The notes: generated by a model from the letters alone, not told the origin. Positions 12,101 through 24,779 are shown, counted from the first letter of the stretch. The stretch: DNA of 40,469 nt from Octopus bimaculoides (GCF_001194135.2 NC_068986.1:67209640-67250108), one strand, 5' to 3'. A program made the numbers and translations.

Positions 12101-13131
12101 AGGAAAAGGGAAATACATTAAAGTAGCGCCATCTATTCGCATTTAAGAATTGTTAAACAATTGCAAATAAAGAAGAAAACAATCACTATACTTCAGAATA
12201 AAACAGATAATAATTCTATTCGATATAGTTGTCCAATAACTACTATAGTCGTTATGGTGAATACAAATTATGGCTATCATCAAACATTTAAAAAAAAAAT
12301 TTAACTAAGATTTATTCAGCTACACTCAACATATACTGACATTTCTAATTTAACACCATTTGCAATATTTCAGATAACTCCCTGTGGATCATGTAACGTC
12401 AAAACAGTCGTTTGTTCGGCGTATTTGTTCAATAACACTATTTGACAAATCAGAGCGTGGCTTCTTGCTATGTTGAGATTCTTCTGTAAGCTTTTGCCGC
12501 AGTATTGTGTGAACACGGTAGTTGTGAGTAAAATTACACCTAGTTAAAAACAAAGCATTAGAAACAAGTTTGGCAGTATTGGAAAGAACGAATATCAAAC
12601 AACAAATAATTGATATCGTGACACATTTAAAGAATTTAAAAGAAAGAAAATATATGTGGAATTAAGAATTATAGATAATAGAATCAACAAAGAAATGGTG
12701 CAGCGTTTACGTCTCTCAACACCTAAAGCATTCTTTTTGAGCCTTAGAATTATTGCATATATATTCAAATGTTTCTTTAAAATTGAACCGTTTTCTTTCT
12801 TATCTTTTCATATATTTTTCGTCATTCTTTCAAACACTTGGAATTTCTATATGCAAGTGGAGCAGAATTGGTAACTGGGTCAAAATCAATAGTTTCTGAT
12901 TTCTTGTTATTTTCTCTCATTTTGTACCATTGCAACATCTTTGGGAATAGAATTTGTTCAGTAAAGGTTACGTAGTTGGGAGTAAAAATTGGTCAGTATA
13001 GTTTACATTGCTGTTGAAGTTGAAAGTTTGAAACATAGGAGGCAGGTACTATTTTCAAGAAATTTTTCCTTAAATTTGTCCCGATTTGTAATTGAGGTAG
13101 CTAATATAATATCTGGATAATTTCTCGTGAG

Positions 13132-13168
13132 GAAGCTATAGTGAAGAAGCTATAGTGAAGAAGCTATA
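13132..13168. repeat. Short tandem repeat, 14-bp unit GAAGCTATAGTGAA x2.6
   Basis: Exact period-14 repetition read directly. Confidence 0.85.
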
Positions 13169-15619
13169 AAAAATAATTTATGTTGAGACTTTAGATTTAG
13201 TTGAGCTTCATCAATTTAATATTATGTGCGATTTTTCCGTAATTCCCTTTTGTTTTACCAAGATATCTAAAATTTTGCTCCATCTCTGATATCTAAGGAC
13301 GGATGTTGATGTGTATGACTCTTTTTTTCAAATTTAATTCTGGATAACTACAAAGTCATATTTACATTATCTTGTGTTACCCATTTTGCCCCGCCTAAAT
13401 TTGTGTTTTATATTCTCAAGGAGAACAGAAAATTTTCTGAAGTAGTGTTCTGAATATGTTATAGGTTTTACTATGTTTAGAGAAGGTCTTTTCTTTGCTG
13501 ATATAGTTTTGGCAAGATAGTGAACATTTGTAAAAGTCAAAGTAAAAAATGCAGTAACATTATTAGAAACTGGAAAAGCAGACTTTCGGAAATAGCTGTT
13601 TGAATTACCCGTTTTTGTCGGGGTTTCCCCTGCATTTTATTATTTTCCCCATGCATTACAAAACAAGGAAGGGAAGCTGTTTTAAAAGAAGAATTTTCAA
13701 AATCTGTCTTTTAAATGTTGGTATCACTACCCCATTCTCTTCCCTCCTCTCTCATACACACACACGCACACACATAAACTCACACACATAAACTCTCATA
13801 TACACCCACTCATATACACACACACCCACTCACACTCATCATGGCTTTGGAACAGCAACAACCACAAACATGATTTTTTCGTTTCTGTAATTTTCTGTCA
13901 TTTTATCTTATTCTACATTCCGAAACATGTAACTCACATTAAAAGACGAAAAATCTTACCCCACTCTACCCTCCTCCATTGTACTGTTCACAATGAAGGA
14001 AAAGTCAAGCACCGCAAGTAGGTGTGTGAAAAACGAAACTTGGAATTTTGAAAAAGTGTATCTATAAAGCGACTTTTTCAGTCATTTATTTAAACTTTCT
14101 CTGCTAACTCACCAAATTCAATTATTTGAAATAGATGGGTTTTGAGATTTAAACTTGGTAATTTTCAAAAATTCTAATTCTTGTGTATAAGGGGGCCACC
14201 AAATCTGGAGTGCACCGAGCCTCCCATGGTTTAAATTCAATCCTGTATACATACATACATACATACATTCATACATACATACATATAGTGTAGCCGACAT
14301 CCAATGAATTCCGAAATAGTGATGTAGGTCAGGATTATCATGGCGTGATAAATTTTAAATCCTGAGTAGAGCCGATGAAAAGTGCAGAGAACAGATGTCA
14401 AGCATGATGTACTTCACAGGCATATGAAAAAATAAAGAAGAATTTAAGGGATCGAACTTGTCGAATAATTGATTTGCTAAAAGGATTAACGTTGCTTTGA
14501 ACGAAATGGCATGAATAGATTGATGAAAAAATCTAATTAGCTAATTAAATTTATTGTTGATAGGTCTTTGGCATGTACTTCACTCACTGATAAAATGAGT
14601 TATAGGGCTCGACAAACATAACGTGAGAAAAATTCCAATTTCCTTCATCTCATTTTGTTCCCTGTTTCTTTAAAAAACACATCCAACAATACATTATGCT
14701 CTAGATGTAGTAAGTACGTTGATCTAATACTGTTCCAATTTTTTATTGGTTAAATATATTATAGAGTAAAGGATCATCTATCCGTTGCCTGTACGTATTT
14801 TTCAAATAAATAGAAAACTACTCGATATCTAGCTGTATAGTTCGTAAATAATTTTTGACAGGAAATCTATTTAAAAATTCATTATAATAATGACCGTCTT
14901 AGAATTGCAGAAAATATTTAATCTGATAGCTTTTACTATGAAGTCAATTACCGTTCCTTCTAAAACTGAGAGAAGTTGCATGACTTTGAATAATCATCAT
15001 ACAGCTCTTGAGGTGAAAAAAAAAAACAAACAAATTTTCTGGATATAAAAACTAGACTTACAAATGTCGAACCTAATAGGGAACACCCTAAGAGTTCAAA
15101 GATATGTGTTTGGACACTGGACGTTCTGATGTTTTAGAGACGGGTATAACTTCGTTAATTTAGACACCTTATCGACACAACGAACATCTTAGTAATAATT
15201 GCAAGACAAATTACATTGAGAATCTGACAGAATAAAACAGACTAAATTCAGTGAAATATTTACTTTATAAATCTAACAAAAAATATCTTGGTAATTGCGT
15301 TTAATTGCTTTTAAGATTAATAGAAATCTCTTATATGCTACATTCTTACTCGGTAAGTTGTTCAAAGAGAAATTAGGAATAGAATTTTAGTTGTTGAATT
15401 GTAATCTTGCATTAGTTCTGACAGAAAAGAAATAATAGACATTACAGCGTAATCAGACAGTAAGCAAACAATAAATAAATATATAAATAAACAAATGCGA
15501 GTTTTATCAATGAAGTGATCAAAGATCTCTTGACGAAGTGTTTAGAAGAATGTGTAAGTGGAATGAATGGGTGTGGAAAATTGTATGTACATATATCTGT
15601 GTATAAAATACCATATATT

Positions 15620-15950
15620 GTGATATTCAAATGTGTGTGTATATACATATATATATATATATATGGATGTAGCTGTATATATATTTATATATATATATAC
15701 AGGCGCACACACACATGCATTAGCAGCTCGTGAAGGATAAAGGCATGTCATGACATATATATTAAAGACTTGGTAACACAATTCAGTAGCTCTCGCACTC
15801 TCATTCCCTCAATTCACATACGCGCGCCCACACGCACGCATACGCACGCGCGCACACACACACACACACGAACACATGCATACATACATACATACATACA
15901 TACATACATTTAAGTAATAATATAAATAATATATATATGCATATATGGAT
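15620..15950. repeat. Mixed (TA)n/(CA)n/(CGCA)n/(TACA)n microsatellite cluster
   Basis: Read directly; two blocks separated by ~100 nt of unique sequence. Confidence 0.85.
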
Positions 15951-16229
15951 TCAGGATATTGCCAAGAGTAAACAACATGAAGTACGAAAACGAGTTAAAT
16001 AAGCAAACAACGAGAAGAAACAATGGAAAGCAGGACAAGTAACACAAAGAACGACCCGTCATTAGTTGTCGGCTGTCTGTCTACTCTTCGTTCCGAGCAT
16101 TCAACGACAATATGAGTTTTCGAAAATAGTTGCTCCCTTAAGTACAAAAATAAAATTTGGTAACAAAAAGGGCCGTGGAGACATAAGAAAACCAAACGAA
16201 AGCAAACATGGAGGGTCGTTGGACCACAT

Positions 16230-16316
16230 ACATAATACATACGTAGATACATACACATACATAAAAGCATAATTAAAGCATACGTACATACATACATACA
16301 TACATACATACATACA

Positions 16317-16351
<35 letters not shown>
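16230..16351. repeat. (TACA)n microsatellite
   Basis: Read directly. Confidence 0.9.
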
Positions 16352-16352
<1 letters not shown>

Positions 16353-16795
16353 GGAGTGGGTGTGTGGCAAGTAGCTAGCTTAGCAACCACATGATTCCGG
16401 GTTTCAGTCCCACTGCGTGGCACCTTGGGCAAGTGTCTTCTACTATAGCCTCGAGTCGACCAAAGCCTCGTTAGTGGATTTTTCTTCTTTCAGTTTCCGT
16501 CTGCCAAATCCAATCACGAAGCTTTGGTTGACGGAAGCTGAAAGAAGCCCCTATTATATATATATGCATATGTTTTTTGTCTGGGTTTGTCCCTCACCCC
16601 ATCGTTTGACAAGAGATGTTGGTGTGTTTACGTCCCCTTAACTTAGCGGTTCGGTCAAAGAGTCCGCTAAAATAAGTACTAGGCTTCCAAAGTATAAATC
16701 CTGGGGTCGATGTTTGTTTTTGACTAAAGCCGGTGCTGCAACATGGCCGCAGTTAAATGACTGAAACAAGTAAAAGAATAAATGAATAAAAGAAT
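16352..16795 (+). mobile_element. tRNA-derived SINE, family B, near full length with internal inversion
   Basis: A-box-like TGGGTGTGTGG, B-box-like GGGTTTCAGTCCC, body GTGGCACCTTGGGCAAGTGTCTTCTACTATAGCC, tail ATGGCCGCAGTTAAATGACTGAAACAAGTAAAAGAATAAA. Homologous to 23733 and 27790. Confidence 0.88.
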
Positions 16796-16964
16796 ATATG
16801 TGTGTGCGTATGTGTGCGTGTGTGTGTACTTATATGCCATAATATGACTTAGGCCTTTAACTTCTTGAGGGACATGGCTTGGGCATTTTAAAACTTGGCG
16901 GAGCTCACCCAGCTCCAGAAATAATGCCCATAGTCTGCTCTTTCTACAATGGTAGAAAGAGAAG

Positions 16965-17075
16965 AACCAACTCCAGTAAGGTTTGGTATTTTATCACTAC
17001 AGAACACGGATAAACGGCAAAGTTAATTTCGACCTGATTAGAACTGAGAGTGTGGAATGCTTCAACGATTATCGC
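16965..17075 (-). mobile_element. Degenerate SINE family A copy
   Basis: GGTATTTTATC..CGGATAAACGGCAAAGTTAATTTCGAC..TTAGAACTGAGA resembles the family A core in reverse. Confidence 0.45.
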
Positions 17076-17258
17076 AAAAAAGATTATATATATATAAATT
17101 CAAATTACGACAAACGTAAATAAACAAACGAAGTTTGCTTTCAGAAGCGTTGAAATGTCTTTTTAGAAAGTTAAAGAAGTGATTTTAAATTCTTAATCGC
17201 AGAATAATAATAATATAGCCTGAACAGGATAAACTACCCCTATTTTGCAGAGAAAAGT

Positions 17259-17710
17259 ATAGGTGGCTATGATTATATACATAATTACAATCAGGGGTCA
17301 GCTAATTGCTTCACCACGGACTGAATTAGAAAATTGTCGCTATTGTCATTTCTACTACCATAAAGATCTCCGAGACGATAACACACTTTTTTACGTAGGT
17401 AAAAAGAAAAAAAATATTGAATCCACACGACTCACATCAGCTGCATACACGTTTCGAGATTAAAGTAAAGCTATATTTACTTATTTCTCATCTTCAGTGC
17501 AGCATTTAGGAATATAAATTTCAGAGTGTTAGGATTAAATATGTACGCGATCAGGCGCCATCGCATAACCGATATTCAACCACACTCCCAAAAATATACA
17601 GCAGAATGTGAACACATATTTATCTTTAATAACCACGTGAGTGTTACAAGCAATACCGCAGAAACTGCTGCCCCCTGATTGTAATTATGTATATAATCAT
17701 AGCCACCTAT
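17259..17710. mobile_element. 452-bp element with 39-bp perfect terminal inverted repeats (MITE-like)
   Basis: ATAGGTGGCTATGATTATATACATAATTACAATCAGGGG at 17259-17297 is exactly the reverse complement of 17672-17710. No target-site duplication evident. Confidence 0.75.
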
Positions 17711-17746
17711 GGGCGTAAATTATAATTTCAATAATAATAAAAAGGT

Positions 17747-18009
17747 AAAATTAATTAATTAATTAATCAATTAATTAATTAATTAATAATTAATAATTTT
17801 ACGAAGTACGTTAAAATAACCTTTTTATGTAAATTATGCAAATATTTTATAATTATATACATAGTTATAATCAGGGGTCAGCTAATTGCTTCGCTATATT
17901 TGTATAATTTACCTAAGAAGGTTATTTTAACGTACTGACTACTTGGTAAAATTATTAATTATTAATTAATTGATTAATCAATTAATAAATTGATTAATTA
18001 ATTAATTTT
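17747..18009. repeat. AT-rich palindrome with a TIR-derived centre
   Basis: 17806-17845 vs 17896-17935 are inverted repeats (37/40), flanked by inverted (TTAA)n arrays. The centre 17852-17892 copies 17272-17312. Confidence 0.8.
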
Positions 18010-18019
18010 ATTCTTTAAT

Positions 18020-18039
18020 TATATATATATACGTGTGTG

Positions 18040-18078
<39 letters not shown>

Positions 18079-18195
18079 ATGTGAGCGTGTGTATGTGAGC
18101 GTGTGTATGTGTGTGTCTGGGTTTGTGTGTGCGTATGTGTGTATGTGTGTATGTGTTTGTGAGTGCGTGTATGTGTGCGTTTGCGCACGTGCGCG
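18020..18195. repeat. (TA)n/(TG)n microsatellite
   Basis: Read directly. Confidence 0.9.
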
Positions 18196-18199
18196 TGTA

Positions 18200-20270
18200 T
18201 ATGAGAGACTTGGAAACAGCTTGCTTCAGAAAGTGCAGTCTATCTAAAACTCCGCAGACAAGATGCCAAAAAAGTTTCAGGACCTTCCTTCCAGGTCTTC
18301 CTTTCGAAGGCTTTACAGCACATCGCCCGTTCCCCGTCACTGATGTGAGTTCCCCCCAACTATTTAGACTGAAATCAATTTCTGCGTCATCAATTCTCCA
18401 ACCAAGTTTCATCATTCCTTTTCAGCCATATCCAATAACTGGTCCGCTCATTTATCGCCTGAATCTCCTTCAAAATAGTGTTGGACACTAATTGATAGCA
18501 GCTACTGTCTCAGTCTTGTCCCAATAAACCTGGTACACCCATCTTCTCAGGGAAACTGTACTGTAGTCCAAACAGAATCTATGCAGTCTTCCAGTAGCGT
18601 CCAAGTTATCTTCCTGTCGAAAGGTTAATTCAACACGGTGTATTATCTTAGATTCCTCACACCATACTATCATCTCCGGCTTCTTTATTCTTGGTATTGG
18701 AAATAATCATCCACACCTTACAAGACCTGTTGCTACCCATCACACTCCGTCCAAGTTGTCGTCATTAACTTTTGTTCTGTTTTGAGTAGCCATCTTGACC
18801 TCGACGGACAAATGCGATAAACCGTTTACTGACATCCTTGTACAATTTCTTGTCACCATTGATTGCTTCCATCTACGTCTTGGAAGCACTATAGAGTATT
18901 TTGAGAACCTTATTGTGACTCCATTCATACTTTCCCAATGCTATTGAGCAGTTAGATAGAATGTTTTAGTGTGCCAACTTTTCTTCATCTACATTTGCCG
19001 TCATTCGCTATTTTCCATTTCAACAGATTTCACGTGGATAGTAGTACATCATAAGTAGCTTAAGGAAGGAAACTAACCGTGATGTGCTCCACCTCTACAT
19101 CTCATCCCAACCCACTTTCCTTTCAATAACTTTTTCTTCTTACTTGGTTATCTGACCTTGCTGAAGGCATTGAATCAAATGCAGTTTCCTTTTCTCTGTC
19201 TCTCTCGCTTTAATGGTTTAAAGGGATTGCAACCAATCCCCTTCCGGTCACTTTAATTTACTCCCACAATATCTCGATCGTCCAGTGATGTTATTAGTTT
19301 CTTTATTTTCCCGCCATTTTTGTGCAGCCTTGACATCGGGCGGATTTTCCAGTATTTCTACGTCTTTGGTCACCCTCTGCATCATAGCCACTCGCACTTT
19401 TCCAGTTTTGTAGATCTCAACAATTGATGTTATAGGTAGTTGAAGAAACTGTCCATTCCAATGTGGTGCAGAACTGTTCAAAATAGACCAAGCCAGTCCC
19501 TGGTGGAAATATTATACTTCTACGCAATGGTCTCCATTTTCGACAGTTTTACTTTACATATGTGCTGGGGCGAAGCAATACGGGGATATAGACCAAACTG
19601 CAAGCACGACATGTTCTATATGCGCGGCAGTTTTGACCTGTCTATGGCTTTCAACCCATCTTTCGTTTGTAGCAACGACTGAATCCCGCTATACTTATCC
19701 GTCAACGAGTTAGCATACCATCGTCGAAATCTTTTTATAGGTTTGTTTTTAACCATTGGCATGGTTTCTTCTGTTAATTTCACTTGCTTTTGCTGGCTTT
19801 TCACAAATGTCAAACGGCTTGACTTATTTGCCTTAAATCGCATTCTTGAGCAAGTGATTAGCTTATCCAGTCTATCCAAACAGTTTGCATAGAATTTTAG
19901 TCTCTAATCAGTATTATGTCGTCCATGAATGCCTTCTTGAGTGATCTCAGCCGTTCTCCTGAGCAGTCTGCTGATCTAGATAGCGTCTCCATAATAAGCA
20001 CAAACCAGATGACCGATATACTGCAACCTTCAGTAATTACAATTTCTAGATGTTTCCCGTCCGTTGTAAAATGTTCAGTCATGAATCAGTATGTAAAAAA
20101 GTCCTTTGTTTCCATAAACAACACATAACCATACGTGTTAGTGAAATCTATCCACACAACGTTCAAGGGAAGATGGGGCCTGGTTAATAGCTGCAGAATA
20201 ACATGGCATCAATTTACCACCTACAGTTATGAGTGATTTGAAGATTTACGGAATTAGTAGAGGTCACCTT
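18200..20270 (-). mobile_element. Decayed, 5'-truncated HERO-clade (R2 superfamily, RLE) non-LTR retrotransposon
   Basis: Minus-strand frames give, in order: LNVVWIDFTNTYG; HLEIVITEGCSISVIWFVLIME; KAFMDD (19918-19935); LDKLITCSRMRFKANKSS; ATYDVL..NLLKW; degenerate CCHC knuckle (KCR*RKVGTLKHSI-NC..YEWSHNKVLK); RLE KKPEMIVWCEESKIIHRVELTFRQEDNL. Many stops and frameshifts. Confidence 0.88.
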
Positions 20271-20292
20271 CATTCAGGCTGTGCGAATTTCT

Positions 20293-20565
20293 TCATACGA
20301 TATCTAGATGGAACTGGGTCTAGTTAAATGCGCTGTTATTGAAATGAGGATAGGGCAAAAATAGACAACAATTCAGTACAACTTTCAGATGATGAGCGCT
20401 TAAGAGCAGTGAATGGAGAAGATTACAAGTACCTTGTTGTTTTACAATTAAGCCAGATGATAAGTACCAATATCAAAGAGGATATTTCTGCTGAATAGAC
20501 CAGAAGAGTGGAAAAGCTATGTTGATCCAAGCGGAATGGAAGCAAACTGATTAATTTAATTTAAA
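20293..20565 (+). mobile_element. R4/Dong-clade non-LTR retrotransposon RT/thumb fragment
   Basis: SYDI*MELGLVKCAVIEMRIG, then (frameshift) EDYKYLVVLQLSQMISTNIKEDISAE*TRRVEKLC*SKRNGSKLIN. Matches the R4 pattern DIGMEFGLDKCA..YKYLG..EY.RRV.K...SKLNG.N.I. Confidence 0.8.
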
Positions 20566-21024
20566 ACGTTAATATATCTCTGTGCGACGTGAAAATATTT
20601 TCAGACAATGTATAGGAAACTACACTGTTCAACCAATATTGTAGGTTGAAATATTAAGCTTGCTGAATCAAGCAAGGTTGAGATGTGAAACTTATGACTA
20701 TCATAAATTTTCTGGTTACTTTTCTCAGTATGGCACCATTAAATATATATCTATACATGTACTACACATACAACTTTAATTCAAATATAGGTGCTCTACA
20801 GGCACCATATTCTTATCTCCGGACGAGCCGATTCCAAGGACGCGGGCCTTTGCGAAGAAGAGAGCTATAAAATACAAATTAGCACAGATAGTAAGGATGG
20901 AGAAAAATATCAACCTGCTAGAAATAAGGGCTAAAGTCTTCTGTTGATGCCATCAATTTTAAATTTTATCCACAGATGATATTAACAGTAGTGACATCTT
21001 ATTTCAAACCTTAAAGTTTGTATG

Positions 21025-21034
21025 TTTCATATAT

Positions 21035-21106
<72 letters not shown>

Positions 21107-21114
21107 CGTGTATG

Positions 21115-21148
<34 letters not shown>

Positions 21149-21410
21149 TTTGTATGTCTGCGTTTGTCTCCTACCATCACTTGACAATCGATGTTAGTGT
21201 GATTATATCCCCATAACCTAGCAGTTCAGCAAAATAAGGTCGATTTGTCGATTTGTTCGACTAAAGGCAGTGCACTACAGTAGTTGTATGAGTATATGTA
21301 GATATACATATACACATACATGCGTACAGTTATGCATACATACATATATGCAAATATACATACATACATACATACATACATACATACATGCATGCATATA
21401 TGGCAAAGCA
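21025..21410. repeat. (TA)/(TG)/(CG)/(TATG) and (TACA) microsatellites flanking a SINE B fragment
   Basis: Read directly. Confidence 0.85.
21155..21275 (+). mobile_element. SINE family B 3'-half fragment
   Basis: CATCACTTGACAATCGATGTTAGTGTG..CCCCATAACCTAGCAGTTCAGCAAAA..TTGTTCGACTAAAGGCAGTGC aligns to 16600-16740. Confidence 0.7.
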
Positions 21411-22486
21411 TTTCACATAGTAGTGATGTGAGATTTAAAGGTTGAATGTGAGATGAGAAAGAAAAGGAGTAAGTCGCAGGGTGAGGGAAGGTGTAAGTGG
21501 TTTAGCGAGGGAGGAGTGAAAGGCAATAAAAGAATAACAAAAAAATGCAAGGCGAAGGGAACGAGGGTGAGCCAGTAATGAGTGAATAGAGGTATAAGAG
21601 GTAAGCCAGAGAGAGGAAGGGAGAGGTATATTACGGTCAGCATGTTGAAATGATGTGCAACTGGTGGTTGTGTGTCTCTAAGCAGATTTAAATCAATTAG
21701 TGATGGCTATTGGCTATAAGGAAAAACAGCAAAAGTCGAGAAATAAAATAAAAGTACCTCTGTGTGTGTATATGTGAGTGTATGTGTGTGTGCATGTATG
21801 TGCATGCATATAGAGAGAAACGGGGAGAGAGAAAATAAAATGACAGAGAGTAGAGTAACATATTCATCCATTTATTCAAATCTGATTCTGTTTGATTCAC
21901 AACTATACCTTTCATGATTGTTTTCCTCAGTCTTCCGACAACCGAAAACGGGAAACGCAGATTCAGCTTCCAATAAATATATCATAATACATTATATTTC
22001 ACTCTGCACTCGTATCAAGTGCTGCATTATTTTTGTTCGCGCGGCTAAATGTTGTACTTTATGCATGCATTCTTGTGTACCTGTGTGAGTGTTTATATTT
22101 GCGTCTCTGTGTTTATACACGTACCGTAAACATAGACGCACATGAACTTATGATGTTGAATCTTCACTCACGTTGAGCGAGGCACTTTATTGCTCCGAAT
22201 GCACATAATGACATAACAACAATAATTACTGAATTATAATAATAGGCATCAAATATAGCATGGAAAGAAAACGGAATATTTATCACGTTATCATGCAAGT
22301 AGTATAGATTATTCGGTGGTTATTCACCACCAGCCCCTGTTGACTTGACGGTAGTAAATAAATTAACCACACAATATTTACATTGGACATTTTGTCATTA
22401 TGAACGGATAGTTTATAAATGGACCAAGAATACACGAAGATCCAAAGCAACCACTGAAATTAAATATTAGAACATTAGTAAACATT

Positions 22487-22697
22487 GGTTTCAAATTTTG
22501 GCATAAGGCCAGCAAGTCCGGGGGAGGGGTAAGTCAGTATATGGTCTCCAGTCCTCAAATGGTATTTATTTTATCGACCCCACACGGATGAAACGAAAAT
22601 TCGGCCTCGGCGGCATTTGAGCTCAACGTTAAGACTTACAAAATGCCGCTAAAAATTTTGCCCAACTACTAACTATTCCGTCGGCCTGCAGCCTTAA
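22487..22697 (-). mobile_element. SINE family A copy
   Basis: TTTTATCGACCCCACACGGATGAAACGAAAATTCGGCCTCGGCGGCATTTGAGCTCAACG..AAATGCCGCTAA. Confidence 0.78.
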
Positions 22698-23732
22698 ACA
22701 TTAGTAACTATTACTTTGAAAGTCATCTAGTTGTGAATATAAGTCGAGATGTTTAAATACCAGAAGCTATCCAGTACATTGACGCACACGACCTTAGACA
22801 GAACTATTTTAGTTTAACCAAGATATTTTATACTTGAGATTGCAGGTATTCTTTAGTATACTTCACATATACATGAATTAAAGAAACAGGGAAAATAGAT
22901 CTCAAATATATCATATAAAAATATATAGAAGAATTACGCCAAGTTATCATTGTGTATACATGCTCGTGCATTTCCGTTCTTATATGTGTGTGTGTAATTA
23001 TAACGAATCGAATTTTCACGCAAAAATACAAAAGCAACAAAAGCAATAGCAAAAGAAGTATAACATATTTTGCTGCCAAGAAATATATTTCAAAAGTGAT
23101 ATACTATTGATCCTTTTGTTGTCCCCACAAACAGTTTGGCATAGTGTCAATCCTTTGTGAAAGTGTTATCTTGAAATCTCAACAAACGATCGATTATTGT
23201 TCAATAATCAATATCATTTTATTTTTTCGTTTTGTTAACGCCCTAAAAATCATTCATTTATTCCCTTAAAATACATGCTTTTATAAAACTGGGTGTAACA
23301 GTTCCAGCTTTGTGGATCTCATTATCTTTAAGCCTTTTTATGAATATTCCCACTGCCGTAACATCTGTGCCAGATGGTCGGCCGCCTATAATCTTTAATA
23401 CACCCATAAACCCTGAAACACATTAACATATGTCAACACTTACTCATTGACAGTTTTAAGTTTCACTGCATTAGTTAAGGCATAGAAGTAGGTGCTTTTA
23501 ACATTAGGAGCGAGTTGGGTCCGATCAATTCTGATAAGTTTCAAACATGGCCGTACAGTTTAGAAGTTCGATCTTCAACGACGGGGTTCTGAGTTCGACA
23601 CCACTGCGAACCATCCTTGGTGTGTATCAACCCTAACAAGAAGAATGAAATTCATAAGAGAGAAAATCATAAGAGCTACACTTTGTCATCTGCTTGAAAC
23701 AAAAAAAAAAACGTGTTTAAAATTTGCAAAGA

Positions 23733-24725
23733 GATGCAGCTGTTGCTAGGGAGTAAGAAGCTCGCGTACTCACCACATGGTTCCGGGTTTAGTCTCAATG
23801 CGTGGCAGCTATAGCCTTGTGAGTGGATTTGGTAGACGGAAACTGAAAGAAGCCCGTCTTATATTCGTATATATATNNNNNNNNNNNNNNNNNNNNNNNN
23901 NNNNNNNNNNNNNNNNNNNNNNNNNNNNNNNNNNNNNNNNNNNNNNNNNNNNNNNNNNNNNNNNNNNNNNNNNNNNNNNNNNNNNNNNNNNNNNNNNNNN
24001 NNNNNNNNNNNNNNNNNNNNNNNNNNNNNNNNNNNNNNNNNNNNNNNNNNNNNNNNNNNNNNNNNNNNNNNNNNNNNNNNNNNNNNNNNNNNNNNNNNNN
24101 NNNNNNNNNNNNNNNNNNNNNNNNNNNNNNNNNNNNNNNNNNNNNNNNNNNNNNNNNNNNNNNNNNNNNNNNNNNNNNNNNNNNNNNNNNNNNNNNNNNN
24201 NNNNNNNNNNNNNNNNNNNNNNNNNNNNNNNNNNNNNNNNNNNNNNNNNNNNNNNNNNNNNNNNNNNNNNNNNNNNNNNNNNNNNNNNNNNNNNNNNNNN
24301 NNNNNNNNNNNNNNNNNNNNNNNNNNNNNNNNNNNNNNNNNNNNNNNNNNNNNNNNNNNNNNNNNNNNNNNNNNNNNNNNNNNNNNNNNNNNNNNNNNNN
24401 NNNNNNNNNNNNNNNNNNNNNNNNNNNNNNNNNNNNNNNNNNNNNNNNNNNNNNNNNNNNNNNNNNNNNNNNNNNNNNNNNNNNNNNNNNNNNNNNNNNN
24501 NNNNNNNNNNNNNNNNNNNNNNNNNNNNNNNNNNNNNNNNNNNNNNNNNNNNNNNNNNNNNNNNNNNNNNNNNNNNNNNNNNNNNNNNNNNNNNNNNNNN
24601 NNNNNNNNNNNNNNNNNNNNNNNNNNNNNNNNNNNNNNNNNNNNNNNNNNNNNNNNNNNNNNNNNNNNNNNNNNNNNNNNNNNNNNNNNNNNNNNNNNNN
24701 NNNNNNNNNNNNNNNNNNNNNNNNN

Positions 24726-24763
<38 letters not shown>

Positions 24764-24779
24764 TGTGTGTGTGTGTGTT

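Noticed and set aside
12125-12139. CTCF-like motif (minus strand CGAATAGATGGCGCT)
   Set aside because: Two mismatches to the core; a single such hit in 40 kb is unsurprising without ChIP or conservation data.
12389-12541. Possible minus-strand terminal exon after TTTGTTTTTAACTAG with two open frames
   Set aside because: No recognisable protein and no linked upstream exon.
12650-13600. Stretch that looks like decayed coding sequence on the minus strand
   Set aside because: No motif of any TE or host protein could be recognised.
23548-23625. tRNA-like A/B-box pair (TGGCCGTACAG..GAGTTCGACACC)
   Set aside because: Too degenerate to call; at most an old SINE head, not a tRNA gene.
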